Source of the DNA: Minisyncoccota bacterium
GTDB lineage: Bacteria > Patescibacteriota > Minisyncoccia > Phycocordibacterales > Phycocordibacteraceae
Assembly (NCBI GenBank): GCA_035627595.1
Contig: DASPLK010000002.1
Coordinates: 160,481-224,480, forward strand
Length of the DNA stretch: 64,000 nucleotides
Direction: 5' to 3'
Position 1 is the first letter of the stretch; every line of letters starts with the position of its first letter. The notes below the pieces were generated by a model that saw nothing but the letters and a program-made list of their open reading frames with translations, made no database searches and had not been told where the DNA came from. A program made the position numbers and the translations under genes. Of the stretch, positions 48,458 through 58,122 are shown in pieces.

Positions 48458-50002
48458 TTAGGAACGCTCCACGAACTGCGTGAGCTTGCCGCGGAGAGTT
48501 TCTATAGTCTCGTCTGAGAGATCGCGACTTTCGCGAATGGCCTTAAGTTCGTCCTGCGCCTCGCGAAGAAGGAACTCCTGAAGGCGGCTTTCTGCCTTTG
48601 CGGTATCTTCCGGCGGGAACGTGTCGAAGAAGCCGTTAGTTGCAGCGTAGATGACTGCTGCTTCCATCTCAAACGCAAGCGGCTTGCCGTTAGGCTGCTT
48701 CAGGGTCTCTGTGAGACGGCGACCCGAATCAATCTGACGCTTGGTGTTCTCATCAAGATCGGAAGCAAACTGCATGAAGGCCTCAAGTTCGCGGAACTGC
48801 GCAAGTTCAAGCTTTATCTTTCCAGAGACTTTCTTCATTGCCTTGGTCTGAGCTGCAGAACCCACGCGGGAGACTGAGACGCCCACGTTGATTGCCGGAC
48901 GAAGTCCCTTGTTGAAGAGGTCGGTCTCAAGGAAGATCTGGCCGTCCGTGATGGAAATCACGTTGGTCGGAATGTATGCAGAGATGTCGTTCTCCTGCGT
49001 CTCAATAATCGGGAGTGCAGTTATCGAACCGCCACCCTTTTCCTTGGAGAGCTTCGCAGAACGCTCAAGAAGACGCGAGTGCAAGTAGAAGATGTCACCC
49101 GGGTATGCCTCGCGGCCTGGCGGGCGGCGAAGGAGAAGAGACATCTGACGGTATGCAACCGCCTGCTTGGAGAGATCATCATAAATGATGAGCACGTCCT
49201 TACCCTTCTCCATGAAGTACTCAGCGATAGAGACTCCCGCAAACGGCGCAAGAAACTGGAAGGCTGCTGGGTTAGAAGCCGGTGCAGTAACGACAATGGA
49301 ATATTCCATCGCGCCCTTCTCAAAGAGCTCCGCGACAATGCGCGCTGTCTTGGATTCCTTCTGCCCGATGGCAACGTACACGCAGATAGGCCGAGTGGAC
49401 GGGTCCTCGGACTTCTGGTTCAGGATGGTGTCGATAGCAATAGTAGTCTTTCCGGTGCCACGGTCGCCAATGATGAGCTGGCGCTGACCGCGACCAATTG
49501 GAGTCATGGCATCAATTGCTTTGATACCCGTATGAATCGGAGTATTCACAGGAGAGCGGTCAATAACACCGTACGCCTCACGCTCGATAGGACGCTCGGT
49601 AGTATCGGCGACTGGACCCTTGCCATCTACGGGCGCGCCGAGTGGATTTACGACACGGCCGATGAGGTTTTCTCCTACCGGAATCGAGAGAAGGCGGCCG
49701 AGCCTACGGACGAGCATGCCCTCATACACTTTGGACGCATCGCCAAGAATTGCAGCGCGCACGCCGTCTTCCTCGAGGTTGAGGATGAGGCCGTATGTAA
49801 CGTCCGCATCCTTGAGCGCGTCTTCGAGAGCTCGGTCAAAGGTCGGGTCGAACATGACCATCTCGGCCATGACCGCCTTCTCTAGGCCGTCTATCTCTGC
49901 GATACCGTCACCGGTCGCGCGCACGACGCCCGTTTCCTCCTGGCCCTTGATCGGAGAGAACGAGGCAATTTCTGCTTCAATTCGCTTAATAATGCTGTCC
50001 AT
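48458..50002 (-). CDS. atpA: F1 ATP synthase alpha subunit. The start is taken at MDSIIK, 13 nt after the atpH stop.
   Basis: GDRGTGKT P-loop and an alpha-type sequence. The longer ORF to 50104 would overlap atpH by 88 nt. Confidence 0.93.
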   Translation of the reverse strand: MDSIIKRIEAEIASFSPIKGQEETGVVRATGDGIAEIDGLEKAVMAEMVMFDPTFDRALEDALKDADVTYGLILNLEEDGVRAAILGDASKVYEGMLVRRLGRLLSIPVGENLIGRVVNPLGAPVDGKGPVADTTERPIEREAYGVIDRSPVNTPIHTGIKAIDAMTPIGRGQRQLIIGDRGTGKTTIAIDTILNQKSEDPSTRPICVYVAIGQKESKTARIVAELFEKGAMEYSIVVTAPASNPAAFQFLAPFAGVSIAEYFMEKGKDVLIIYDDLSKQAVAYRQMSLLLRRPPGREAYPGDIFYLHSRLLERSAKLSKEKGGGSITALPIIETQENDISAYIPTNVISITDGQIFLETDLFNKGLRPAINVGVSVSRVGSAAQTKAMKKVSGKIKLELAQFRELEAFMQFASDLDENTKRQIDSGRRLTETLKQPNGKPLAFEMEAAVIYAATNGFFDTFPPEDTAKAESRLQEFLLREAQDELKAIRESRDLSDETIETLRGKLTQFVERS

Positions 50003-50015
50003 AGGTGCTTCTAAG

Positions 50016-50381
50016 TTATGACGTAATGCGTCGGTAGATATCGACGAGCGCTCTCTTGCCGGATCGGTCGATGAGGCGTCCTCCCTCACGCGCCCGCCAG
50101 CCACTGATAAGGTTCGGGTTTACAGTTACCTCTGTGGCGTCGATGCCCTCTGCACGAGCTTCAGTAAGCGCTGTAGCCTTGTCTGCTTCAAGCGCAACTT
50201 CAACCGTTGCGCCAAGAGTTTTCGTACGCGCCTGTAACGCCTTCAACTCCCGTACAATCGCAGGAAGGAGCTTTGTGCGTCCCTCTGCTTTCAGATGCGT
50301 AAGGAGCCAAGAGACGAGCTCATCCTCCTTCTTGCCGTTCTGAAGTGCGTTATTGAGTGCCTGTGCGTACGTTTTCTCCAT
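50016..50381 (-). CDS. atpH: ATP synthase delta (OSCP) subunit, short form.
   Basis: 121 aa in the b-[delta]-alpha position with an OSCP-like helical N-terminus. Confidence 0.7.
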   Translation of the reverse strand: MEKTYAQALNNALQNGKKEDELVSWLLTHLKAEGRTKLLPAIVRELKALQARTKTLGATVEVALEADKATALTEARAEGIDATEVTVNPNLISGWRAREGGRLIDRSGKRALVDIYRRITS

Positions 50382-50386
50382 ACAGG

Positions 50387-50833
50387 TTATGCCTTCTCAC
50401 GTACGACCTTCTCAGCCGCAAGGACTGCAAGGCGTGCGATTTCTCTTTCGCTCTCGCGAAGCGCCTTCACTGCCGCCTCTTTGGCGCGTGCGTCCGCGTC
50501 AGCTGCTACTGCTGCTGCGCGTGCCTCCGCCTCCTTAAGAATGCGTGTTTTCTCGCTGTTTGCGGTATCGCGCGCTCCCAAGACGATACCCTCGGCCTCT
50601 GCTTCTGCGGTGTGGAGCTTTGCTGAAACTTCACTGTCCGCACCTGCAAGCTTCTCGGCTGCAGCTTCCGCGTCGAGTACGCCTTTAGCGACTTTCTCCT
50701 TACGCTCATCAAGCGTCTTCAAGACTGGCTTGTATAGAAGATAGGTAAGCGCAACGAACAAGACGCCGAAGTTCACCGCCTGAGCGATGAGCAGCTTCCA
50801 GTCGATGCCGAACGCTTCGAAGAGTTGTTCCAT
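50387..50833 (-). CDS. atpF: Fo ATP synthase b subunit.
   Basis: Single N-terminal TM helix then a long Ala/Glu/Lys-rich helix. Confidence 0.8.
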   Translation of the reverse strand: MEQLFEAFGIDWKLLIAQAVNFGVLFVALTYLLYKPVLKTLDERKEKVAKGVLDAEAAAEKLAGADSEVSAKLHTAEAEAEGIVLGARDTANSEKTRILKEAEARAAAVAADADARAKEAAVKALRESEREIARLAVLAAEKVVREKA

Positions 50834-50876
50834 AGATTTCTAAGTAGTGGTTGGCAATGGGGTTACCCCCGTATGC

Positions 50877-51125
<249 letters not shown>

Positions 51126-51162
51126 CTAACGGCCCATCCTGGAGCCGCACCGGAGTATGAGC

Positions 51163-51984
51163 CTAGTGGCTCTCACTCCCGTGCGGTTCCATGATTGCCA
51201 ACTTGATAAAGAAGAGCGTGAGCATCGCAAACACGACTGCTTGGATGAAGCCCACGAACACCTCAAAGCCCATCAACGGGACCGGCAAGAGGTACGGCAC
51301 GAAGAACGCGACCACCACAAGCATTACCTCGCCAGCAAACACGTTACCGAAGAGACGGAACGAGAATGAGATGAGGCGACCAAGGTTTGAAACGAGCTCA
51401 ATAAGTCCCACCGCAAAATTGACCGGTGACGAGAAATTAATGTACTTGCTTGCGTATGAAAAGAATCCGAGCTGCCGAAGACCGGTGATCTCAATGGTTA
51501 GGAAAGAAATGAACGCCAATGCAAGCGTCATGTTGAGATCTGCAGCAGGCGCCCTAAGAAACGGGATGAGTCCCCCGTGTCCGTTATCAAGTCCGACCGT
51601 ACCGACGCCAGGAAGAAACGCGAGCTCATTAGCAACAAGAATAAAAAGAAAAATGGTCATGATGAGCGGGAAGAAGCGACGTGCCATCTTCTCGTCCTCC
51701 AAGATCTCGGTCATGTAGCCAATCACGCCCTCGAACACCCATTCCACTCCCGCCTGGATCTTGCCTGGGATGAGGGAAAGCTTTGCGCGAAGGGCTGCCG
51801 CAAGCGCAATGATGAGCGCGACAGTGATCCACGTCATCAAAAGTGAGTTCGTAATAGGAAAGCCACCGACGTTCCAGAGCTCCTCAGCCTTGAGAACCAC
51901 GTGGATAGGGCTAGCCGCCTCTTCAGATGCGTGGAGGGCATCCTCGCCGTGTGATTCCTCTGCTGCAAAAGCGGTGTATGCCAT
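51163..51984 (-). CDS. atpB: Fo ATP synthase a subunit.
   Basis: 273 aa, polytopic, with the …FRLFGNVFAGEVML… region and its conserved Arg. Confidence 0.9.
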   Translation of the reverse strand: MAYTAFAAEESHGEDALHASEEAASPIHVVLKAEELWNVGGFPITNSLLMTWITVALIIALAAALRAKLSLIPGKIQAGVEWVFEGVIGYMTEILEDEKMARRFFPLIMTIFLFILVANELAFLPGVGTVGLDNGHGGLIPFLRAPAADLNMTLALAFISFLTIEITGLRQLGFFSYASKYINFSSPVNFAVGLIELVSNLGRLISFSFRLFGNVFAGEVMLVVVAFFVPYLLPVPLMGFEVFVGFIQAVVFAMLTLFFIKLAIMEPHGSESH

Positions 51985-52142
51985 ACAGTATGAAAACTAG
52001 CGCGTTACGCGCTCGGATATACGTGCAAAAAGACCCCGCTGGGCCGATACCCTCTTCATGAGAGTAGTGTACCAATTAGCTGGGTACTACGCAAAATGTG
52101 GAAACGGCGTCCAGGAATGGTCCTGAACGCCGCTTTACTATG

Positions 52143-52454
52143 TTAGCCACTCTTCTTGCGCAGTTTGACCTGGGAGGGGTCGTACGCGGGCGGCGGAATG
52201 CCTTTACGCCGAGGAGGAAAGCGCTTGCTCACGAGCCGCAGAGTGCCTTGAGGTTCAATGGATACGATCTTACAGATCGCTCCGTTGAGCGGGTCTGAAT
52301 CTTCCAGGACAAGTTCTACCGAGTCGTCCACACCGAGATTCTTCTCCCGAATGATCCGCTTGCGCTCAGCGATCTCTCGCTCGCGTTGCTGCAATCCTTT
52401 TTGCCCTTGAGCGGCGTGATTCCCTGGTATTCCCCCGAACTTTCGAGTTGTCAT
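52143..52454 (-). CDS. Basic hypothetical protein upstream of the atp operon.
   Basis: 103-aa ORF with no recognised motif. Confidence 0.3.
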   Translation of the reverse strand: MTTRKFGGIPGNHAAQGQKGLQQREREIAERKRIIREKNLGVDDSVELVLEDSDPLNGAICKIVSIEPQGTLRLVSKRFPPRRKGIPPPAYDPSQVKLRKKSG

Positions 52455-52498
52455 CAGCTTCCCCTTGTCTGTACAAAGCCAGACATCACTATGCCACG

Positions 52499-52987
52499 TT
52501 ATTTGCCTTTCTTCAAGGCTTCAAGGTCGGCAAGGATTCGGCGTACGTCAGCCGTGAGGCGGTCGAGCGAGTCGGCATGCGCCTGCTCCCTACGCTCGTC
52601 TTCTTTATCTTCCTCACTCATCTCCTCGACATCTTCCTGAATACCCTCGATATCCTCACTCATCTCTTCGATGTCTTCCTGAATATCTTCAAGATCTTCA
52701 CCGAGCTCCTCGACATCTTCTTGAATGTCTTCAATGTCCTCCTCAACTTCGCGGAGACTCTTCGTGTTCTCATTAACCGTCATCTGAATGAAGAGCGCCA
52801 AATAGATTGCCTCAAGAGATACCACCGTAGTAAGGATAAGCAACATGGAGTCCAGGGTAAGGACGCCGAGATAGGCAGTAAGGAAAAAACCTGCAAAAAC
52901 AAAGGTGTGGATGACAAGCGACGCAGTGGAACCCATCGCGTCGATGACGCGTTCGATGACTTTGACCTTACGATCGCGTTGCTTCAT
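52499..52987 (-). CDS. DUF1003-family membrane protein with a C-terminal acidic tandem-repeat tail.
   Basis: …IERVIDAMGSTASLVIHTFVFAGFFLTAYLGVL… is DUF1003-like, followed by the repeats EDIEDIQEDVEELGEDLEDIQEDIEEMSEDIEGIQEDVEEMS. Confidence 0.6.
   Translation of the reverse strand: MKQRDRKVKVIERVIDAMGSTASLVIHTFVFAGFFLTAYLGVLTLDSMLLILTTVVSLEAIYLALFIQMTVNENTKSLREVEEDIEDIQEDVEELGEDLEDIQEDIEEMSEDIEGIQEDVEEMSEEDKEDERREQAHADSLDRLTADVRRILADLEALKKGK
52607..52732. repeat. Three imperfect tandem copies of a 42-nt unit (14 codons, an EDIExIQEDVEEMS-like unit) inside the DUF1003 gene.
   Basis: ctcactcatctcctcgacatcttcctgaataccctcgatatc / ctcactcatctcttcgatgtcttcctgaatatcttcaagatc / ttcaccgagctcctcgacatcttcttgaatgtcttcaatgtc. 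Confidence 0.6.
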
Positions 52988-53089
52988 ACCATGACCCTAC
53001 CACTTGCCCACTGCAACTGTCCACAAAACACTGTGCTTTCCCACGTGCATGCGGCTGATTTTATTTGCTAGAAACGGTAGAATAGGGAC

Positions 53090-54124
53090 ATGGCGGTTAC
53101 ACCGCGAGGCTTCATACCTCGTCCACGATCCAAAAGGCGCGTTCCCTACACGCGCCATCTTGTCGCGCTCGGCATCGCTCTGTTTGTAGCGGTCGGATTC
53201 TTTTCCATACCTTCCATCCTTGCAAATGATATTAGGCATCAGCTTGAGGCTCCTGCAGAGGCGCCGTTTCCAATAACGGTCGATCCTGAGCGTAAGCTCA
53301 TCGTTGTAGATCCAGAGATCGAAGCCATGCTCGAAGAAGAGCCTACATCCCTCATTGCCTCCGTAGGCACACTCGACTGGGCGTTTGAGATGCTCGCAAA
53401 GGCAATTACCGATGTTCCCGGATACGGGCTTATCGCAGGCGCTGACCAAAAATTTGTCACCATATACCCAGGCTACAGAAAAGAGGAGGTTGCGCGTGCG
53501 TTTGGTGGAGCGCTTGGCTGGAGCCAGAAAGAACGCGCCGCGTTCCTAAAGGATGTCACTACTTCACCGCCTGTGCTTGAAGAAGGACAGTTCCAGGCGG
53601 GAACCTATGCTGTCTCTTCCGCCATGACGCCTGAGGAGGTCCATATGGCCGTCTATGACCGATTCTCTAAGGAGATACTTGAGCGGTACAGTACGACAAC
53701 CGCATCACAAGTTCCCTTGCGTGATGCGCTCATCATCGCATCTCTTATCGAGCGTGAGGCAGGAGGCTGGCACGACATGCGCGATATATCCGGCATCATT
53801 TGGAATCGAATATTTGCCGGCATGAACCTGCAAATTGATGCTACGTTGCAATACGCAAAGGCAGATGGTGCAAAAGGTAGCTGGTGGCCTAAGCCCGTCC
53901 CAGACGACAAGTACATCAAGTCGAGGTTCAACACCTATAGATACAACGGCCTACCGCCAGCGCCCATCGCAAACCCTTCGGTCGCAGCAGTTGTAGCAGC
54001 ACTAAATCCTAAGAAAACTGACTGTCTCTTCTACTTCCATGACAGTCGCGGTCGTTTCCACTGCTCAGAGGATTACGAAGGCCACGTTGCGCTTCTGAAG
54101 AAGCACTACGGGCGCGGAAAATAA
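53090..54124 (+). CDS. mltG: Endolytic murein transglycosylase MltG/YceG family (paralogue 2).
   Basis: N-terminal TM helix; …GIIWNRIFAGMNLQIDATLQY… and …YNGLPPAPIANPS…. Confidence 0.8.
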   Translation: MAVTPRGFIPRPRSKRRVPYTRHLVALGIALFVAVGFFSIPSILANDIRHQLEAPAEAPFPITVDPERKLIVVDPEIEAMLEEEPTSLIASVGTLDWAFEMLAKAITDVPGYGLIAGADQKFVTIYPGYRKEEVARAFGGALGWSQKERAAFLKDVTTSPPVLEEGQFQAGTYAVSSAMTPEEVHMAVYDRFSKEILERYSTTTASQVPLRDALIIASLIEREAGGWHDMRDISGIIWNRIFAGMNLQIDATLQYAKADGAKGSWWPKPVPDDKYIKSRFNTYRYNGLPPAPIANPSVAAVVAALNPKKTDCLFYFHDSRGRFHCSEDYEGHVALLKKHYGRGK

Positions 54125-54129
54125 TAGGG

Positions 54130-54200
54130 TCGGGCTGCCGGGAATCGAACCCGGTCTACATCCACCCCATGGACGCGTACTACCGGTATACTACAGCCCG
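54130..54200 (-). tRNA. tRNA-Pro (anticodon GGG); CCA is not encoded.
   Basis: Manual fold of the minus strand: CGGGCTG-TA-GTAT ACCGGTA GTAC-G-CGTCC aTGGGGt GGATG-TAGA-CCGGG TTCGATT CCCGG-CAGCCCG-A. Confidence 0.7.
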
Positions 54201-54244
54201 CACAGTTTCGAGCTTACCGCTCGGAGATGCTAGTTGCAACGAGG

Positions 54245-54823
54245 CTAGCCGTAAATGCGCCTCCGTAACTCTTCCTTCTTCTCCAGGTCATACTGCGCCC
54301 GAATAAGCTCGGGAAGTATCTCTAGGTTCTGGAAGCGCGGGTCGTCAGCTAGTGCAATAAACTCATCGAACGATATCTCATGCGGAGTGATGCGCTCACC
54401 GGGAGAGTCATCAGGTTCAGCAACTTTCGTAAGGCCGCGGCCAATAAACGCATAAATCACCCAATCAATCTTACTGAATCCATTAGTTGCCTTCCATAGC
54501 GTAAGATCGCCGCCGCCAAGACCTGTTTCTTCTCTAAGCTCACGGCGCACTCCTTCCTCCGGCTCTTCTCCTGGATCTAATTGCCCGCCTGGGAATGTGA
54601 TGACGGCTTCGCGACCTGGTTGTGCGTCCTCAACGATGAGGATATTCCCATTCTCAAGGACGGGTATGACGAATCCTGAGTCATTGCGTTTAAGTTTTTC
54701 AAATGTCCTTGCAGTTCCATCAAATAGCTCCTGTTTCCATTGATACACATCAAAAATAATTCCGGAGAATACTTTTGTCGCATTCTCCGGAAGTGGCTGC
54801 CTTCCTTTGGGTCGCTCTATCAT
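54245..54823 (-). CDS. NUDIX hydrolase.
   Basis: Nudix box …GGQLDPGEEPEEGVRRELREETGL…; 192 aa. Confidence 0.8.
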   Translation of the reverse strand: MIERPKGRQPLPENATKVFSGIIFDVYQWKQELFDGTARTFEKLKRNDSGFVIPVLENGNILIVEDAQPGREAVITFPGGQLDPGEEPEEGVRRELREETGLGGGDLTLWKATNGFSKIDWVIYAFIGRGLTKVAEPDDSPGERITPHEISFDEFIALADDPRFQNLEILPELIRAQYDLEKKEELRRRIYG

Positions 54824-54875
54824 AGGGCTAGCGTAGCATTCTGTATGGCTATTTGGTATTGTGCATACGTTCTCC

Positions 54876-54952
54876 GGGCGACTAGCTCAGTTGGTTAGAG
54901 CGTTCGCTTCACACGCGAAAGGTCACAGGTTCGAATCCTGTGTCGCCCACCA
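54876..54952 (+). tRNA. tRNA-Val (anticodon CAC) with CCA encoded.
   Basis: GGGCGAC-TA-GCTCAGTTGGTTAGAGC-G-TTCGC ttCACac GCGAA-AGGTC-ACAGG TTCGAAT CCTGT-GTCGCCC-A-CCA. Confidence 0.85.
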
Positions 54953-54978
54953 TCCTGGGCAGTCGCTCGGGAGAAAAA

Positions 54979-55052
54979 CGGGATGTGGTATAGTGGTATT
55001 ACGTACGCTTCGGGTGCGTATAACTCGAGTTCGATTCTCGGCATCCCGACCA
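54979..55052 (+). tRNA. tRNA-Pro (anticodon CGG) with CCA encoded.
   Basis: CGGGATG…TACGC ttCGGgt GCGTA…TCGAG TTCGATT CTCGG-CATCCCG-A-CCA. Confidence 0.8.
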
Positions 55053-55057
55053 ATATA

Positions 55058-55095
55058 GAACAGCGGCCCCATGCGGGGCCGCTGTTCTTCTTTAC
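55058..55095 (+). terminator. Rho-independent terminator after the tRNA pair.
   Basis: gaacagcggcccc-atgc-ggggccgctgttc followed by ttcttt. Confidence 0.6.
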
Positions 55096-55658
55096 CTTCT
55101 GTGAATGACGAGTGGCGCTACACTGTCGTCTCTTACGCCTTCTTGGTATTCCAGGGACACTAAATGTGCGGGACGTCCAAACATCTGCACAATAAAAGTA
55201 GTCGGTCGACCCTTGTATGTTCCAGTTGCAGTTGCAATCCCAATCTCTGTAAACTTAGCATTCAATACGTTTGCGCGATGTGAGTCTGAATTTAACCATG
55301 CATCAATAACCTCCTCAGATTCAGTGAAGTTAATTGCGAGGTTCTCTCCAGCATATGAGTACTCGTATCCAGCATCGCGTACCCATACCCAGAATGGCTC
55401 TCCGTCAGGTGTTGCATGTGAGAAGTACCCACGTGCTGCCATATCGCTCGCCTTAGCCTGCGCTGCGGCTGTTAGAGAGGCGTTCTCGGCAAGTCCGTAC
55501 AGCTCCTTTTCGCCCCGACTTTCATTTGTGAGAGAAAATAGCGTTGCTGTTACTACAGCTGCTGTCTGGCGCATATATGAGGTAACACTATCGCCTGTAA
55601 CTACTATCGTTACAGCAATTGCGAGTGCCACTCCTAAGCCTAGTAAGGCCTTATACAT
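55092..55658 (-). CDS. Secreted CAP/SCP/PR-1 domain protein (YkwD-like).
   Basis: Signal peptide; …RGYFSHATPDG…; …HRANVLNAKFTEIGIA…. Confidence 0.72.
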   Translation of the reverse strand: MYKALLGLGVALAIAVTIVVTGDSVTSYMRQTAAVVTATLFSLTNESRGEKELYGLAENASLTAAAQAKASDMAARGYFSHATPDGEPFWVWVRDAGYEYSYAGENLAINFTESEEVIDAWLNSDSHRANVLNAKFTEIGIATATGTYKGRPTTFIVQMFGRPAHLVSLEYQEGVRDDSVAPLVIHRR

Positions 55659-55748
55659 ATTTGTATTATACTATAATTTTCCATTGTGTCTATGACAAAG
55701 GCGCCCAGCAGTGGGCGCCTTTGTCATTTGCACATCTTCCCTTTGTCT

Positions 55749-57920
55749 TTACTTAAGAGACTGAAGGATTAGGAGCATCTGCTGAAGCTGCGCGATCATC
55801 GTCGTGAGCGTTGCCGCATCGGATGTGGATGTGGGCATAGTACTTGCGTTGAGTGCCGCGCGCGTAAGCGGGCCAACATACCCTGTAGCCGGGATGCCGT
55901 TAGCTGCTTGGTAAAGCTTTACAGCCTCCTGGGTGAGCGGACCGAAGTAACCAGTTGGTGCAGCAATCTTCAGGTATCCAGATGCGATGAGGATAGTCTG
56001 GAGTTCAGTAACGTCCTGTCCGGTTGCGCCGATCGTAAGGTCAGCCGCAAAGTTGTAGGTCGCCGCACCGAGCACCTCACCTTCACCTGCATCTGTCACC
56101 TCACCTGCCTCATCTGCTACCTCATCGTCAGACTCGTCATCGTTGTTGTTTCGACGAGAGCCTCCACCACCGCCTCCGTTACTTTCTGCCTCTTGAAGGG
56201 TGTAGCTCCTACCTGTGCGAGGAGTACCGTTGTCATCCCATACAACCTCCGTACTTTCGTACTGGCTGTTCGTATCGAGAACCGTAACGTTTGCAAGGGC
56301 GATATCATCGACCCAGATGTGATGTATACCATCCGCTTCAGCGTGAGCGCTGGTGCCGTTTACCGTTAGGCTAGCATCGGTCGTAACGCCTGAGCCCTGG
56401 TCAACATTTATTGCGTGCCATGCGCTATTGGATGTCGTGATATCTGTGACTGTAACAATTGAGCCGTTCACGTTTACACCAGTGTTAACGTTATTTGTCT
56501 CAATATTGGCAAGAGTTATGCCAGTAACAACATAGGTGTTGATACCATGCAGGTTGTTTGATGTCGTCACGCCATCAACCGTAAGACTGTTAATGGTTAC
56601 ATCCGAAGCAGTAATAAGAACAACGCTGTTGTTACCTGATGAGGTCTTTACGAAGTCACCCGTGATTGTACGTCCATTACCCTCGATCGTAACAGAACGA
56701 TTAATAGCGACTGCTTCACTAGTCGTTATATCTCCACCAATTGTGATGGTACCAATGGCACTATTCAGAAGCGCAGAAGAGAGCTCCTCTTCGCTATCCA
56801 CCGTGCTCTGGAAGTACGCAACTGCGGGAGCGCTATCAACGCGTGTGTACTGTTCAAGAGAACCAGTAACTGAGCCGGATTCACTATCATCAATGTATAT
56901 AGCCGGACCAGACTCTAGATGAGAGCTGGTGCCTGTGACAGTGAGGATGGCTGGGGTGGTGACACCTGAGCCCTGATCCACGTTGATACCATGCCATGTA
57001 TTACCCGAAGTAGTCACATTCTCGACTGTAACCGTAGCCCCATTCACCATAAGACCAGACTTGCCTGCATTCATGGAGGTAACATTTCTGAGTACCACAT
57101 CTTCAGCCACGTATACCTGGATGCCCTGAATGCCTGCGCTTCCCTTGGCAACCTTACCTGCGGCATCAACGGTCAGATCAGTAACAGTGACGCTGTCACC
57201 GGTGATAAGGAGCGCGGTGCCAGTAATGCTGTCATTGACCGAAACGGTATGACCCGCACCGTCAATTGTTACCGGGCGACTTACATCAATCGTCGCGCCA
57301 ATAACGAAGTCGCTATCTAACGTGATATCGGTAATAGTTTCGTCTGCAAGTGCTGCATTAAGCTCCGCTTCACTTGAAACGTATGCTGCAGTTTGCTCCT
57401 CAACTGTGAGCGTGGTCTGGCCAGACGCCACAACTGCAGAGCTATTATCGACGTCTACAACGCTGTAATTAAGTGCGTATGTTCCAGGCGCATCAGCGAT
57501 CGCGACGACAGTCACACTGCCGTTGTAATCAGCTGTTATTGGGAATCCTTCTGTTGGACCCCAGCCAATAATTGCCGTGTCGTACCACTTATCGCTAGCG
57601 GCCTCATGTATCCAGAGCTGTACTGTTCCGGATCCGCCAGTTACGGCAGTTGGCGCAATGCGGACATGAGGTAGACCTGCACCTATACCATCACCTTGGA
57701 GAGTCATCTCGATGCTGTTCTCAGATGATGCGACTGCAGCAACATCGCTAGATGAATCTGCAACACCATTAGTGTGCGCAATGAGACTGGACTCGGTTAT
57801 AGTCACAGAACTTGGAGCAACGATATTATAGTTTGCTGCTAGTGCAGCTATTGGCATCAGTGAAATGGCTGTACCGAAGGCGACCAGCGCAACTGAAAGA
57901 CGGTTAACATACTTTTTCAT
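55749..57920 (-). CDS. Large secreted right-handed beta-helix repeat protein with a C-terminal peptidoglycan-binding (PG_binding_1-like) domain.
   Basis: Signal peptide; many Thr/Val/Asn-rich repeats (…NVTVENVTTSGNTWHGINVDQGSGVT… recurring twice); a Gly run with an acidic linker; C-terminal …GATGQDVTELQTILIASGYL…YQAANGIPATGYVGPLT…. Confidence 0.6.
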   Translation of the reverse strand: MKKYVNRLSVALVAFGTAISLMPIAALAANYNIVAPSSVTITESSLIAHTNGVADSSSDVAAVASSENSIEMTLQGDGIGAGLPHVRIAPTAVTGGSGTVQLWIHEAASDKWYDTAIIGWGPTEGFPITADYNGSVTVVAIADAPGTYALNYSVVDVDNSSAVVASGQTTLTVEEQTAAYVSSEAELNAALADETITDITLDSDFVIGATIDVSRPVTIDGAGHTVSVNDSITGTALLITGDSVTVTDLTVDAAGKVAKGSAGIQGIQVYVAEDVVLRNVTSMNAGKSGLMVNGATVTVENVTTSGNTWHGINVDQGSGVTTPAILTVTGTSSHLESGPAIYIDDSESGSVTGSLEQYTRVDSAPAVAYFQSTVDSEEELSSALLNSAIGTITIGGDITTSEAVAINRSVTIEGNGRTITGDFVKTSSGNNSVVLITASDVTINSLTVDGVTTSNNLHGINTYVVTGITLANIETNNVNTGVNVNGSIVTVTDITTSNSAWHAINVDQGSGVTTDASLTVNGTSAHAEADGIHHIWVDDIALANVTVLDTNSQYESTEVVWDDNGTPRTGRSYTLQEAESNGGGGGGSRRNNNDDESDDEVADEAGEVTDAGEGEVLGAATYNFAADLTIGATGQDVTELQTILIASGYLKIAAPTGYFGPLTQEAVKLYQAANGIPATGYVGPLTRAALNASTMPTSTSDAATLTTMIAQLQQMLLILQSLK

Positions 57921-58122
57921 AAGTATTCAGATGATTATGTAAGCGCCCACAGGCCTTGACCTGCTTTATCTCTGTACCCTAACTATTGCTGACTATGTTC
58001 CTTTGCACAATTTTGTCAACGTGGCTTATCCACAGAGGCACTAAAATTGAACATTGCCCAGCTATCTGCCTAATAAATAGGCCCTTGTGCACGGAGGCGG
58101 TTAGCTACGTTTAAATCTTTCC

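Noticed and set aside
49079-49885. 268-aa plus-strand ORF.
   Set aside because: It is antisense inside atpA.
50016-50104. Longer N-terminal extension of atpA (start at 50104).
   Set aside because: It would overlap atpH by 88 nt. The internal Met (MDSIIK, 50002) gives a canonical alpha N-terminus with a 13-nt spacer.
52448-53071. 207-aa plus-strand ORF, antisense to the DUF1003 gene.
   Set aside because: Its sequence is driven by the reverse complement of the 42-nt acidic repeats (LLDIFLN…). The minus-strand reading has the TM helices and a DUF1003-like N-terminus, so the plus ORF is a repeat artefact.
55105-55695. 196-aa plus-strand ORF.
   Set aside because: It is antisense to the CAP-domain gene, which has clear family motifs on the minus strand.
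56117-57674. Several short plus- and minus-strand ORFs inside the beta-helix protein gene.
   Set aside because: They are alternative-frame artefacts of the long repeat-rich gene.
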